Below are positions 53,624 to 64,000 of a stretch of 64,000 bases of DNA, one piece after another. Under the pieces are notes generated by a model. That model saw only the letters and a list, made by a program, of their open reading frames with translations, had not been told where the DNA came from and searched no databases. Source of the stretch: Bacteroidota bacterium (GTDB lineage Bacteria; Bacteroidota; Bacteroidia; Chitinophagales; JADIYW01); NCBI GenBank assembly GCA_020436225.1, contig JAGQYE010000024.1, positions 11,051 to 75,050 on the forward strand, given 5' to 3'. The position numbers and the translations under genes are program-made. Each line of letters starts with the position of its first letter. Position 1 is the stretch's first letter.

Positions 53624-56600
53624 ATGCATAGATTTTACACGTTCTTCTTGTTTTTATTTATTTTATTATTGAGTGATAAGTTATATGCAACTACATATAC
53701 GCATACTATCACATCATCTACATATAGTTCAAGCCCACAAACTAAAACACTTTCAAGTGTAGATTGGACTTTAACAAATAATGGAAGTTATTATGGGTAT
53801 GACAGCACCAAAGGACAACAAGTAGGTTCAGGTAGTTATCCTGCAACATCAATGTCCTTAAGTACATCCGGCATTTCAGGTACCATAACAGCTGTAAGAA
53901 TTACTACTTCCGGTGCATCGTCAGTTATTGCAAATGTTGCAGTAAACATAGGTGGTAGCGCATTTGGCGGAGCTGCTCAGTCTATTTCTTCTACTAGTAC
54001 AGAATATACATTTAGTGGTTCTAGTTCAGGTACTATAAGTATTAATTGGTCTCAAACTTCTTCTAAAGCATTATATTTTAAAAAGATAGAAGTAGATTAT
54101 ACTATTTCTGGCAATACCGTCACTTTTAAAGCCAATGGTGGCGTTGGTTCTGATTACACACAAACAGAATCATCTTCAACAGCCTTAACTGCTAATACAT
54201 TCACGAGAACATGTTATTCTTTTTCTAAATGGAATACTGCCGCAGATGGCAGTGGCACAGACTATGCCGATGGTGCAACCTACAGTTTTGCAGCAGATAT
54301 GACCTTGTATGCACAATGGACTTCCACATCGCATACTGTTACGTTTAATGCTAATGGCGGAAGTGGTACTATGTCTAACCAAACAGCCTGTACAACAACA
54401 GCACTTACTACCAATTCCTTTACGCGTTCCGGCTACACATTTGATGGTTGGGCAACATCGCCTTCAGGTAGTGTAGCTTACGCCGATGGAGCCAATTATA
54501 ATTTCTCGGCAGATATAACATTATATGCAAAATGGTCAGTGTATGTTGGACCATGTCATTCGGAGAATTTTTCTAATATTGGCACTTCAAGCTCTTATGG
54601 TTCAAGAACATGGTCAGGAGTTGGCGGAACTTGGTCGGCAACAGACGCTAGAGAAGACCAAACAATTAATGGAAAAGCAATTACAATTAAGAGTGGAACT
54701 TTAACTTCTCCAACTTTTACAGATGGTGTTGGAAGTATCACACTTACAACAAAATTCCCATTTTCGGAAAGTAGCGGTGATTTAACTATTAAGGTAAATG
54801 GAACAACAGTTGGAACGGTATATTATGCTGATATGACAGGCAAAACTCCAATTACAAAAACATTTACGGGTATTAATATTTCGGGAAGTGTGGCTATTAC
54901 AGCTACTTCAACAGGTGCAAGATATTGTATAGATGATTTTAATTGGACATGTTATAATGGTCCCGAAATAAACATAAAAGGTAATAGCACATCTATTGTA
55001 GATGGCGACAATACACCGGATTTAGCCGACCATACTGACTTTGGTAATGCGGATGTTTCCGGCGGAACCGTAGTGCGTACATTTACCATTGAAAACACAG
55101 GCGCTACTACTTTAAACTTAACCGGAAGTTCACCTTATGTAACTATTGGTGGTACAAATGCAGCTGATTTTTCTGTAACTTCAATCCCATCCAATTCTAT
55201 TTCGGCTTCAAGTTCTACCACCTTTCAAATCACATTTAATCCAAGTGCTATCGGAACTAGAACAGCCACTATCAGCATCGCCAATGATGATGCAGACGAA
55301 AATCCATATAATTTTTCCATCCAAGGAACAGGCGTAAACAGCAATCAATCTGATATTATCCGAAATACATCTTATACAGAATCATCTAACCACGATTACA
55401 CATCATATCAAGCGAATCCTATTTCATCTACATCCAATTCAATCGGTGTTTTTAAAATGACCATTCGCGATGGCGGTGGTTCATCAGATGCGGATGCTTT
55501 AGGAACGGAATTGACTGCTATTACATTCAACGTTACCAATATTGATAATATACGTTCTGCAGCCTTGTTTGGAGGTGCATCGCAAACTACATTAATTAAT
55601 AATGCTCCAAGCATCAATGTGGGTGCAGGCACGATCACTTTCACTGGTTTAAGTGGCACCAACGTTACTGCATCTGATAATGGTACGCAAGATATTACCT
55701 TGCGCGTGTCGTACTTAACTACTGTTACTGATAACGAGCAATTGCAATATACCATTGCTGCTGCTACAGCCAATACAAGCGGTTCGGTATTTGCAGCTTC
55801 CGATGCAGGCGGTGCACAATCAAGTACAACAGGTGACAGAAACAGAATTGAAGTTACAGCGACTAAATTGGCATTTTTACAACAACCATCAACAACAACA
55901 GTCAGCAGTGTGATGTCGCCTGCACCTAAGGTACAAGCTGTAGATGCCAATAATAATTTAGATTTAGATTATACAACAAATATCAGTATCACATCTACCG
56001 GAACGATGACAGGAGACCCAATTTCTGTGTCAGCCTCTGCAGGTGTGGCAACGTTTAGTTCGGTAGTACATACCGTAGCCGGAACAGGATATACTTTAAC
56101 TGCTACATCCGGTTCATTAATGAGTGCAGTTAGTTCAAATTTTGATATTATCACGTTTACATTTGCTACCGGCGATTTCCGACCAAAATATGCTACAGAT
56201 TTATCTTATAATGGCGATTGGGAATATTACAATGGTTCTGCTTGGGTTGCTGTGCCGGACGGAAAAGCTCCTCAAAATACCAGCACCACCATAAACAGAG
56301 TGCTTATTACAGATTATGTTACTGGTGGAGGAAATACATCTCATGCATACAATTGTGATTTTATCATATTTAGTGGCGCCGAATTAGAATTACAAGATGA
56401 TGATGCAACTCCTGCTGCAATAATGATAGCTGCAGGAAAAAAATTAGAAGTATTGTCGGGCGGACAACTTACCATTACCGGAGACTTTGCAGTAAATTCT
56501 TCCGGAAATTTAATAGTGCGCGAAGGCGGCAAAATGTTGATTGATCAAAACTCCATAACAAATGACCATCCAATGTGGGACGGCGTGGAATTATTTGAAA

Positions 56601-59600
56601 ATAATTCTACAGTAGAAATAAAAAATTGGGATTTTTCGGCTTCGGCAACAGCTGCCAGTTTAGTAAATATATCAACTGCCATTACAAGTAATGCAAATGG
56701 TTGGAAATTTGGGAATTTAATTTATGATGTAAATACCGGAACGGAAAATTGGGCAATTATTGGAGGCCCTGTTGGAATCATAAATTTAGTACAAAATGAT
56801 TTTCAAATTACCAATAGTGCAACTTCGAAATACTTTATAACCGGTGTAACCAATAAAACTACTTACAATGGGTTTGTGGTAAACGGGAATATGATCATTC
56901 ATGATGGAAGTTTTGCTTTCGGTTCAAGTTATAGCGCAGATGCTTTCGATCACCGAGTTACAATAAACGGTAATTTTATATACGATGGAAATGATTCTTT
57001 GCGCACACATTATATAGGAAATAAAGTACCAACTGCAATAAATGGAACAGTGAATATTAAGGGTAATTTTTATGTAAATAATACAGCTGTTTATTTTGGA
57101 AGTGGGAAAGCAAGTGATAATACTGTTTTAGGAATCAATATGAATGGCGATTCCATCCAAGAATTAAAAATATATCCAACAGTGGTTGCCGTTCCTATTA
57201 CAATAAAATCCGGTGCATCGGTTGTGCAGAAATCGTATGATATCACGGTAAATTCTCTTGCTTCTGTAACAACAGCATTTTCAGTAGAAAATGGCGCTAC
57301 CTACAATTGGAGTTGGGCAGATGACAACACAACTCCGTTAGTTATAAAACTAGCTGGTAGCTCTTCCGGTACAAATAAATTTGTTTCAGCACAAAATGCT
57401 ACATTAAAAATTACACATAGTCATGGCTTAATGGCTGACCCATCTGTAGATGCTTCCGGAAATGTACAAGGCATTTCTAAATCAAATCGAGATATCAATT
57501 CATTAGCAACTTTCTGGTATATAGGGAAAACGAACCAAAATACAGGCGACTGCTTAGGAACATCTTCTAATGGCAAACAAATTATTTGCGATTTATTAGA
57601 TAATAATAAACAGCTAACACTTACTACACAAACAGGATTAACAAACAATACCAGTGTTAGTGGAACAGGCGGAAAATTAGATATACGTAAAGGTCAATTT
57701 ATCGAAACAACAACGGCATATATTGATGGCTCTACCGGAACTTTATATATGGAACCCGGAACTTTATATAAAATCACAAAAGGTAGTAGCGATACAACAA
57801 GCGCAAAAACCGATCATATTCCAAGAATGGACGGCAACTCCTTTAAATATATATTGAACGGTGGAACAATAGAATTAGCCGGAACAGGAACTAACGCTTC
57901 GCAGATGTTACGAGCAGATGATGCCGATTACGATTATCACAATATCACATTCTCCGGTAGTAATACGTTAGGCACTAACTTTAAATTCTTGTCTGACATT
58001 ACCACTGTAACAGACTCATTATATATTACCGGTTCTGCCATTGTAGATTGCAGAAATGCATCCGGTGTAGCAACATCTTTCGTTGGAAATGGTGGCTTAG
58101 TGATGGATGGCGGAAGATTGAGAATTAAAAAATTAAATACACCAAATCCGGAATTAATAGGCGACAACGTAGCTTATAAATTGACTAATGGTACAGTTGA
58201 ATTTTATGGTTCAGGAGCAACGCAGCAACAGCAAATTAGAGGAAATTACAGAACATCAAGTCCGGTTAAAATCAACTATTATAATATTGAAGTAAATGCT
58301 GATGCAGCTAACTTACAAACATTTTCATCTACACCAAGTTCTTCTCAATTAAGTAGTGTTGGTAATGTAGATATGAATTCCAGCTTTGAATTAACCGGAA
58401 CTTTGAATGTAAATGCACCAGCCGTTTTCCGTATGGATCAAACTGATTTTATTGATAATGGAACAGGCACATCACAAGCAATCAACATAAAATCCGGTGC
58501 CGGTTTATTATATGCTAATGAGAATGGCATTAAAACTTCAGGAACCGGCATCAACGATGGAAACATTAGAACTTCCGGAACAAGAAGTTTTTCTACTACA
58601 GCAAAATATGGATTTGTAAGTAGTAACGATATGGTTTCAGGCAATGGTTTACCTTCTACCGTTGCCGGTTTATATATGTACAAAAACTACTTTAAAAATA
58701 CTGTAACGCTGAATAATGGAGGAACAACAGTTATCGGAACTCTAGGATTGCAAAAAGGTCGATTAATCTCATCAGATGCTCAAAAAGTTACTTTATCTAG
58801 TGTGGCTACATCCGATATAAAATCACCTGCAAATGTTGGTGGCGTACAAGATATGGGTTACGACAGTAGTTATGTGTCTGGAAAAATGGGACACAATTCC
58901 AACTCAACTTCAGAAATGATTTTCCCAATTGGCAGTGATTCAATTTATGGGCCATTCGCATTAACACCAAAAAATAGTTCAGGTCAAACATATAACGGAG
59001 AATACACGAGTGCAGGTTTCGGAATTTATACTTTAGACCCGGCAAATTCTCCACAACTCGACCATGTGAGCTTAGTGGAATATTGGACAATTAATTCTTC
59101 CATCACTCCTTCTTCAAATGATGATGCCAAAATCAAATTATTCTGGAGAACGCATAGTGATGTTGGTCCATCCAACTCTGAATGGAGTCAATTACGTGTA
59201 GTGCATTTTGATGGAACAGATTGGAATACGGAAGGCAACTCACCAACTTTCCATCCGGCACCAACTTCTGCTTGGGGTTGGTTAGAATCAGATATTAATT
59301 GTGCCAACTTCTCTCCTTTTACATTAGGCACTTTAACTTCGTTAAATCCGTTACCAGTAGAATTAACCAGCTTTAATGGAATATGTAATGATGGTGCTGT
59401 ACAAATAAATTGGAGTACAGCTTCAGAAAAAAATAGTATAGCATTTTTAATTCAACGCGCTACAAATGGTGTCGACTTTACAACAATTGCTACTATTCCG
59501 GCAGCAGGAAATTCTAATCAAATACAGCATTATTCTACTCTCGACTCGACAGCTACCACATATAACAATTACTATCGTTTAATTGAAGTAGATATTTACG

Positions 59601-59893
59601 GAAATCAAACTATTTATTCGTTTATACAAGTACGATGTAGCGAAGTAAATGGCTTCCATGTTTTTTATAATCAACCGAAAGTTGTGGTAGAAGTAAACTC
59701 AACAACAAACAAACAAGTTGCGGTCAATGTATATGAAGTTTCCGGCAAATTAGTTCATCATGAAAATAAACAAATTTTGCGTGGATATAATCGTTTTGAT
59801 TTAGGCATAAAAAATAAATTAGCTGATGGCATTTATATCATCCAATTAATAGATGATTATAAAATAAATGCATCAAAAATCTTTATCCATTAA
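53624..59893 (+). CDS. Giant T9SS cargo 2 (2,089 aa): N-terminal domain, two Listeria-Bacteroides (Flg_new) repeats, ENF...IDDF beta-sandwich, choice-of-anchor-D domain, long beta-helix-like region, PVEL module and Por secretion tail
   Basis: Leader [16 protein letters not shown]. Domain spans by eye:
- Flg_new repeats: 54113..54535
- ENF...IDDF: 54560..54955
- CoA-D ([14 protein letters not shown]...[11 protein letters not shown]): 54959..55333
- C-terminal 183-aa module: 59342..59890. Confidence 0.88.
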   Translation: MHRFYTFFLFLFILLLSDKLYATTYTHTITSSTYSSSPQTKTLSSVDWTLTNNGSYYGYDSTKGQQVGSGSYPATSMSLSTSGISGTITAVRITTSGASSVIANVAVNIGGSAFGGAAQSISSTSTEYTFSGSSSGTISINWSQTSSKALYFKKIEVDYTISGNTVTFKANGGVGSDYTQTESSSTALTANTFTRTCYSFSKWNTAADGSGTDYADGATYSFAADMTLYAQWTSTSHTVTFNANGGSGTMSNQTACTTTALTTNSFTRSGYTFDGWATSPSGSVAYADGANYNFSADITLYAKWSVYVGPCHSENFSNIGTSSSYGSRTWSGVGGTWSATDAREDQTINGKAITIKSGTLTSPTFTDGVGSITLTTKFPFSESSGDLTIKVNGTTVGTVYYADMTGKTPITKTFTGINISGSVAITATSTGARYCIDDFNWTCYNGPEINIKGNSTSIVDGDNTPDLADHTDFGNADVSGGTVVRTFTIENTGATTLNLTGSSPYVTIGGTNAADFSVTSIPSNSISASSSTTFQITFNPSAIGTRTATISIANDDADENPYNFSIQGTGVNSNQSDIIRNTSYTESSNHDYTSYQANPISSTSNSIGVFKMTIRDGGGSSDADALGTELTAITFNVTNIDNIRSAALFGGASQTTLINNAPSINVGAGTITFTGLSGTNVTASDNGTQDITLRVSYLTTVTDNEQLQYTIAAATANTSGSVFAASDAGGAQSSTTGDRNRIEVTATKLAFLQQPSTTTVSSVMSPAPKVQAVDANNNLDLDYTTNISITSTGTMTGDPISVSASAGVATFSSVVHTVAGTGYTLTATSGSLMSAVSSNFDIITFTFATGDFRPKYATDLSYNGDWEYYNGSAWVAVPDGKAPQNTSTTINRVLITDYVTGGGNTSHAYNCDFIIFSGAELELQDDDATPAAIMIAAGKKLEVLSGGQLTITGDFAVNSSGNLIVREGGKMLIDQNSITNDHPMWDGVELFENNSTVEIKNWDFSASATAASLVNISTAITSNANGWKFGNLIYDVNTGTENWAIIGGPVGIINLVQNDFQITNSATSKYFITGVTNKTTYNGFVVNGNMIIHDGSFAFGSSYSADAFDHRVTINGNFIYDGNDSLRTHYIGNKVPTAINGTVNIKGNFYVNNTAVYFGSGKASDNTVLGINMNGDSIQELKIYPTVVAVPITIKSGASVVQKSYDITVNSLASVTTAFSVENGATYNWSWADDNTTPLVIKLAGSSSGTNKFVSAQNATLKITHSHGLMADPSVDASGNVQGISKSNRDINSLATFWYIGKTNQNTGDCLGTSSNGKQIICDLLDNNKQLTLTTQTGLTNNTSVSGTGGKLDIRKGQFIETTTAYIDGSTGTLYMEPGTLYKITKGSSDTTSAKTDHIPRMDGNSFKYILNGGTIELAGTGTNASQMLRADDADYDYHNITFSGSNTLGTNFKFLSDITTVTDSLYITGSAIVDCRNASGVATSFVGNGGLVMDGGRLRIKKLNTPNPELIGDNVAYKLTNGTVEFYGSGATQQQQIRGNYRTSSPVKINYYNIEVNADAANLQTFSSTPSSSQLSSVGNVDMNSSFELTGTLNVNAPAVFRMDQTDFIDNGTGTSQAINIKSGAGLLYANENGIKTSGTGINDGNIRTSGTRSFSTTAKYGFVSSNDMVSGNGLPSTVAGLYMYKNYFKNTVTLNNGGTTVIGTLGLQKGRLISSDAQKVTLSSVATSDIKSPANVGGVQDMGYDSSYVSGKMGHNSNSTSEMIFPIGSDSIYGPFALTPKNSSGQTYNGEYTSAGFGIYTLDPANSPQLDHVSLVEYWTINSSITPSSNDDAKIKLFWRTHSDVGPSNSEWSQLRVVHFDGTDWNTEGNSPTFHPAPTSAWGWLESDINCANFSPFTLGTLTSLNPLPVELTSFNGICNDGAVQINWSTASEKNSIAFLIQRATNGVDFTTIATIPAAGNSNQIQHYSTLDSTATTYNNYYRLIEVDIYGNQTIYSFIQVRCSEVNGFHVFYNQPKVVVEVNSTTNKQVAVNVYEVSGKLVHHENKQILRGYNRFDLGIKNKLADGIYIIQLIDDYKINASKIFIH
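54113..54535 (+). repeat. Intragenic tandem duplication: two Listeria-Bacteroides repeat units of about 70 aa
   Basis: [13 protein letters not shown]...[36 protein letters not shown] versus [12 protein letters not shown]...[35 protein letters not shown]. Confidence 0.85.
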
Positions 59894-59916
59894 CTTTAAA
59901 ACTACTACTATACACG

Positions 59917-59948
59917 AGAAGCACTACAATTGTAGTGCTTCTTTTTTT
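59917..59948 (+). terminator. Strong Rho-independent terminator after giant cargo gene 2
   Basis: AGAAGCACTACA / TGTAGTGCTTCT (up to 12 bp, CAATTG apex) followed by TTTTTT. Confidence 0.85.
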
Positions 59949-59963
59949 GTCTGATTTCTCTAA

Positions 59964-60170
59964 TTAGGTTAGTTTATTAAAATAGTATTTTGAGTTAGAA
60001 AAATTTCTATTATGTAAATTTTCTGTTTTCTTTTGAGGAGATGTGGTTGAATTTGCTCTCTTGCCTAAAAAATAAATAACTATCAAGATAACAGCCACAA
60101 GTATTAAAGCAAAATAGGCAATACTTCGTGCTACTTTTCGAACTCGTGTGTCAAAATTTTCCTGTTCCAT
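59964..60170 (-). CDS. Possible small single-pass membrane protein (68 aa)
   Basis: ATG start and one clear TM segment (IAYFALILVAVILIVIYFL), same strand as thiG. No family recognised; it could be spurious. Confidence 0.35.
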   Translation of the reverse strand: MEQENFDTRVRKVARSIAYFALILVAVILIVIYFLGKRANSTTSPQKKTENLHNRNFSNSKYYFNKLT

Positions 60171-60273
60171 AGTATTATGATTTTATTTTAAAAAGCGTAT
60201 TTCTGACGCATGTGTAGTAAAATTAATTTATAAAAATCAATTTTGATATTAAGAATACTATTTAGGAATGGAA

Positions 60274-61053
60274 TTATTGCAAAGTATCTAAAATTGAAGA
60301 AATTGGACTACTCGCCTGCGCTATTTCCGAAATTCCGGCAAGTTTTGCTTCGTAAGCCATTCTACCTGCAAGTACGGCAAGTTTAAAAGCAGTCGCCATT
60401 TCCACCGGATTATACGCAATAGCAATGGCTGTATTGACCAACACTGCATCGGCACCTAATTCCATGGCAAGTGCAGCATGTGAAGGCGCTCCAATTCCGG
60501 CATCTACAATAACCGGAATATTACTTTGCTCGATGATAATCTTCAAAAATTCTTTAGTTTCTAAACCTTTGTTGCTTCCAATCGGCGAACCTAATGGCAT
60601 CACAGCTTGCGCACCAACATCTTCCAATCGTTTGCACAAAACCGGATCAGCGTGAATATATGGCAATACAATAAAACCTAATTTTACTAATTCTTCAGTT
60701 GCTTTCAAAGTTTCTACAGCATCGGGCATTAAGTATCTTGGATCGGGATGGATTTCTAATTTCACCCAATTGGTTTCTAAGGCTTCGCGTGCTGCTTGCG
60801 CAGCAAACACCGCTTCTTTTGCATTACGCACGCCACTGGTATTTGGCAATAAATTGACCGCCGTATTCTTTAAATAACTTAAGATATTGTCTGTTTGATT
60901 TTTTAAGTCGATGCGCTTTAATGCCATCGTAACCAATTCGGTTTCTGAAGCAATTACGGCGTCTTGCATTATTTGTGGCGAACCAAATTTTCCCGTTCCC
61001 AAAAACAAACGAGAACTAAATTTTTTTCCTGCTATTTGTAGTTCGCTTGGCAT
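60274..61053 (-). CDS. thiG: Thiazole synthase ThiG
   Basis: 259 aa. [33 protein letters not shown] and VDAGIG motifs of ThiG. Confidence 0.93.
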   Translation of the reverse strand: MPSELQIAGKKFSSRLFLGTGKFGSPQIMQDAVIASETELVTMALKRIDLKNQTDNILSYLKNTAVNLLPNTSGVRNAKEAVFAAQAAREALETNWVKLEIHPDPRYLMPDAVETLKATEELVKLGFIVLPYIHADPVLCKRLEDVGAQAVMPLGSPIGSNKGLETKEFLKIIIEQSNIPVIVDAGIGAPSHAALAMELGADAVLVNTAIAIAYNPVEMATAFKLAVLAGRMAYEAKLAGISEIAQASSPISSILDTLQ

Positions 61054-61082
61054 AGAACAAAGTTAGTTGTTTTTATGCTTTA

Positions 61083-63143
61083 TCACATATTTTCGGTCAT
61101 TACTTTCAATTCTTTTGCCGCATCTTTTAAAGTTACTTTTGGATTATAGCCAAAATCGTGCTTGGCTTTGTCGATGTCGCCGGCAATATCGTAATCAAAT
61201 TTTCCGGCAGCATGTATGGTTGGATGTAAGTAATTAAATTTTCCCAAGAAAGTATCCAAGCCTTCAAAGCATCGACACATAAATTTAGGAATATAAAATG
61301 GTTTATAGGAAACATTCAAAGCTGATGCAATTTCTGAATAAATGTTATCTACTGTTGGATGTGGTTGGTCGTTGCCAATCCAATACCAATTTCCAAAAGT
61401 TGCCGGATTATTTTCTACTTCAAAAAATGCAGAAATAATATTGTCTGTATGAGAAATACTGCGCAAGTTTTTTCCATTACCAAAAACTATTTGTTTAGGC
61501 CAATAAAACATATTGACAAACGTAAGCTGACGTGCCGGCGCAAACGGACCAAAGAACCAAAATCCACGCAACGAAGTGCCGTTTATTTTTCCTTCTTTCG
61601 TTTTATCCAACACATATTTTTCGGCTAAGTATTTGCTCTTGCCATAATTTTTATAAGGCGATGCTTGCGTGTGTTCATCAAATATGCGTTTATCTTTTGT
61701 GCCATGTCCGCAAGTAGAATCGGTGGACATAAACACAAAGCGTTTGACATTATTAGCGATACAAGCATCGACTAAAATTTTTGTTCCTTCTTCGTTGACT
61801 TTATATAAAACATCAATATTTTTTGGATAGATAGCGCCGGCTAAATGAAAAACCGTGCTTACGTTCTTTACTACTTCGTTGACTTGTTGCGGATTGGTAA
61901 TATCGGCATAAACGATTTCAAAATTTCCCGGCAATTGCAACAAACCTTTAAAACGCGGTTCCATCATAATGCGCACTTTTCTGTTGTTTTGATATTGCCC
62001 AAATCTATCGCCATTAATTAAAATATCGACCATTCTATTACCCAACCATCCCGGAATTCCTGTAATTAAAAGAATATCATTTGTGCTTGGATTTTCTGTC
62101 GTTTTTTCTGTTTTATCTGATGTCCTTTTGGTTTGTTTGCCCAACAAATGCACGCCTAAAATTTTCTTTTGTGCGTCTTTAACCGCATTGGCAATAATGG
62201 TTTCTACAGGTTGTGTTTGGTAGCCTAATTCTTGTTTTGCTTTAGAGCAATCGTACCAAGAATACGTGCCGGCAACGGCTTTGGCATATTCCGGACTAAT
62301 TGGAAATTCTTTGCCCATCAACTTAAATAATTTGGTCATTATCCAAGCCGCTATGACTATCATAAATTTTGGCAATTTTGCTATTGGCATTTTTTGTCGG
62401 CTATTTGCCACCATCAATTCGTATAACTTTTTGAAGCTTATATTTTCTCCGGAAAGAATATAATTCTCTGCAAATTTTCCTTTCTCATAAGCCAAGACAT
62501 GACCGTTGGCAATTTCTTCAACTGCTGCAACAGAAATACCGCCATCGAAATAAACCGGAGCTCCTTTTTCTATAAAATCTTTGATGACTTTATGCGGTGG
62601 TGTCAACTTGGTATCGCCGGGACCAACTGCCCAAGACGGATACACGCGACGAACATCGTAGTGATGTTGTTGGATAAAATCAATCACAAATTTTTCTGCT
62701 TGCATTTTGCCAAGCACATACGGACTCTCTGGAAATGCGTTGACATCTTTTTCTGTCAATAATTTTTCCGGATTTGGGCTTCTTCCGATAACGACAACCG
62801 AGCTGGTATAAATAACCGTTTTTACTTGTTGCTGTAAGCAAGCTTGCAAAACTGCTTGTGTGAGTTTGTCGGAATTTTCTACCACGCGTTGTGCATGAGC
62901 CATTGATGTTGTATTCTCTGCTGCTAAGTGAAATAAGACATCGGCATATTGAATGACAGCTTGGTAAGTTGAGACATCAAACAAATTGCAAACATGAACT
63001 TTGGCACCAAGATTTTCTAATTCGATGATATTGGTATTAATACTTCGCACCAATAAATGAAGGTCGTAGTTTTTCTTCAATAAGATTTTTGAAACATGGT
63101 ATCCAATGTGTCCGGCGGCTCCGGTTACTATCGCTTTGGGCAT
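61083..63143 (-). CDS. Fusion of two extended-SDR (NAD-dependent epimerase/dehydratase-like) domains joined by a polar linker
   Basis: Domain 1 (63143..62142): TGAAGHIG, YVLGK. Linker GKQTKRTSDKTEKTTENPSTND (about 62141..62076). Domain 2 (62075..61086): TGIPGWLG, YGKSK. The ATG at 63143 is preferred because the track TTG (63152) lies inside a -7 box. Confidence 0.8.
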   Translation of the reverse strand: MPKAIVTGAAGHIGYHVSKILLKKNYDLHLLVRSINTNIIELENLGAKVHVCNLFDVSTYQAVIQYADVLFHLAAENTTSMAHAQRVVENSDKLTQAVLQACLQQQVKTVIYTSSVVVIGRSPNPEKLLTEKDVNAFPESPYVLGKMQAEKFVIDFIQQHHYDVRRVYPSWAVGPGDTKLTPPHKVIKDFIEKGAPVYFDGGISVAAVEEIANGHVLAYEKGKFAENYILSGENISFKKLYELMVANSRQKMPIAKLPKFMIVIAAWIMTKLFKLMGKEFPISPEYAKAVAGTYSWYDCSKAKQELGYQTQPVETIIANAVKDAQKKILGVHLLGKQTKRTSDKTEKTTENPSTNDILLITGIPGWLGNRMVDILINGDRFGQYQNNRKVRIMMEPRFKGLLQLPGNFEIVYADITNPQQVNEVVKNVSTVFHLAGAIYPKNIDVLYKVNEEGTKILVDACIANNVKRFVFMSTDSTCGHGTKDKRIFDEHTQASPYKNYGKSKYLAEKYVLDKTKEGKINGTSLRGFWFFGPFAPARQLTFVNMFYWPKQIVFGNGKNLRSISHTDNIISAFFEVENNPATFGNWYWIGNDQPHPTVDNIYSEIASALNVSYKPFYIPKFMCRCFEGLDTFLGKFNYLHPTIHAAGKFDYDIAGDIDKAKHDFGYNPKVTLKDAAKELKVMTENM

Positions 63144-63149
63144 AATGTA

Positions 63150-63157
63150 CAAAGATA
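63150..63157 (-). promoter_or_regulatory. -7 box TATCTTTG, 6 nt upstream of the double-SDR ATG
   Basis: Minus strand reads TATCTTTG TACATT ATG. Confidence 0.45.
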
Positions 63158-63236
63158 ATAGAATTTAATTTTAAGTATAAACGATATTAATGTATTCAAT
63201 AAATTAATTTAACTTAGCGCATCTAGAATGCCGTAA

Positions 63237-64000
63237 ATGCCGAATAACGACTACCGTGTTAAGAACCTTTATCTACCACAATTTGATGGCATCAGAGGTT
63301 TATTTTGTTTTTCCATTCTTGTTATTCATCATCATTTCTATTATTTCAATATGCCATCAAACATTGGCTATTTCACGATGCATTGTTTTTTTATCATGTC
63401 ATCGTTTTTAATAACTAGAACATTGATGTTAGACAAACAGCGTTCGGATAGTTTTAAAACGTTCTTTTATTCATTTTACATCAAGCGTACACTTCGGATT
63501 TTTCCGGTTTATTTTGCCTATATTCTGTTTACTATTTTAGTTGGAATAATTACGTATCCAACTGCTTGGAAAGCACCTTTAGGTATTATCTATGAGTTGA
63601 AATATTTTGGTTGGATGTTGCTGACATTTACTTACAACTTCAAAGATTTATATTGTTTATTTACAGGCTATATTTACGCCAAATCGTATGCTTTTCCGCA
63701 CCTGTGGTCGTTATCCTTAGAAGAGCAATTTTATATTATCGTTCCGTTTATGCTTTATTTTATGAGTATAAAAAATCTGAAGCGATTGACGATAGCAATG
63801 ATTATCATTTTCCCGATTATTCGAGTAGTTGGATGGCATTGGTTGGGCACATTAACTGATGATGAGATGCATAAATCTTTCATCTTATATAGATGTACTA
63901 TTTTCCAATATGATTCATTTTTTTATGGCACTTTCTTAGCGCTTTTTGATATTACTTGGAGCGACAAAGCGATAAACCGACTTTTTTACTTGGTTGTTGC
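63237..64000 (+). CDS. Acyltransferase family 3 membrane protein (5' part; runs off window)
   Basis: Not in the ORF track because no stop is reached. The frame from ATG 63237 reads MPNNDYRVKNLYLPQFDGIRGLF...FFIMSSFLITRTL...HLWSLSLEEQFYII, the acyltransferase-3 signature. Confidence 0.8.
   Translation, partial: MPNNDYRVKNLYLPQFDGIRGLFCFSILVIHHHFYYFNMPSNIGYFTMHCFFIMSSFLITRTLMLDKQRSDSFKTFFYSFYIKRTLRIFPVYFAYILFTILVGIITYPTAWKAPLGIIYELKYFGWMLLTFTYNFKDLYCLFTGYIYAKSYAFPHLWSLSLEEQFYIIVPFMLYFMSIKNLKRLTIAMIIIFPIIRVVGWHWLGTLTDDEMHKSFILYRCTIFQYDSFFYGTFLALFDITWSDKAINRLFYLVV

Noticed and set aside
55408-55950. 180-aa antisense ORF, plus several 60-95-aa ones, inside giant cargo gene 2
   Set aside because: The sense strand is T/S/G/N/A-rich with few codons that give antisense stops, so long antisense ORFs arise by composition. 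The translated products are A/V/L-rich with no motifs.
49531-60273. Mobile-element hallmarks around the giant-gene block
   Set aside because: No integrase, transposase or relaxase ORF, no tRNA target and no obvious direct or inverted terminal repeats were seen by eye at the borders. An insertion origin therefore remains unproven.
1-64000. tRNA, rRNA or other structured RNA genes
   Set aside because: No T-loop-like GGTTCGAATCC-type sequences or GC-rich structured segments occur in any intergenic region. The few GGTTCGA matches lie inside coding sequence.

Overview
AT-rich chromosomal segment of a Bacteroidota-type bacterium. The assignment rests on three T9SS C-terminal sorting domains, a PorQ-like gene, TAnnTTTG '-7' promoter boxes and A-rich leaders without Shine-Dalgarno sites. 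All calls come from reading the ORF track and the DNA; no database search was run. Small-motif coordinates may be off by 1-2 nt.

Layout:
- 1-7.8 kb: minus-strand str/S10 ribosomal operon (rpsL-rpsG-fusA-rpsJ-rplCDWB-rpsS-rplV-rpsC-rplP-rpmC') with a clear promoter.
- 8-29 kb: mostly housekeeping genes: pepP, recO, prfA, rbfA, FtsX/LolE-like permease, MsbA-like ABC exporter, guaB, recR, an SSS symporter and a LOG-family gene. Envelope proteins of unknown function are interspersed.
- 29-47 kb: hypothetical pair, VWA plus MoxR ATPase pair, DinB, GT2, a TonB-dependent receptor next to a T9SS-secreted S15 (CocE/NonD) peptidase, TerC, exported MsrA, feoAB, a desaturase and cmk.
- 47-64 kb: PorQ-like gene and thiH, then two very large plus-strand T9SS cargo genes (1,239 and 2,089 codons). 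After them come thiG, a fused double-SDR (epimerase/dehydratase) gene and a partial acyltransferase-3 gene.

No rRNA, tRNA, CRISPR array, transposase or integrase was seen.

Most noteworthy observations:
1. thiG and thiH are separated by 10.7 kb holding two paralogous mosaic giant surface proteins.
2. Short imperfect period-7/8 tandem 'stutter' arrays sit in spacers next to gene ends.
3. A perfect 20-bp tandem duplication frameshifts a small membrane-protein gene.
4. The P-loop of cmk lies upstream of any canonical start codon.
5. A two-domain SDR fusion appears co-transcribed with thiG from a near-leaderless promoter that leaves no room for a TPP riboswitch.
6. Several ATG starts lie only 3-7 nt from a -7 box, which suggests leaderless mRNAs.

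I cannot point to a clear multi-gene novel system. The giant-cargo block and the periodic spacer arrays are the best candidates.
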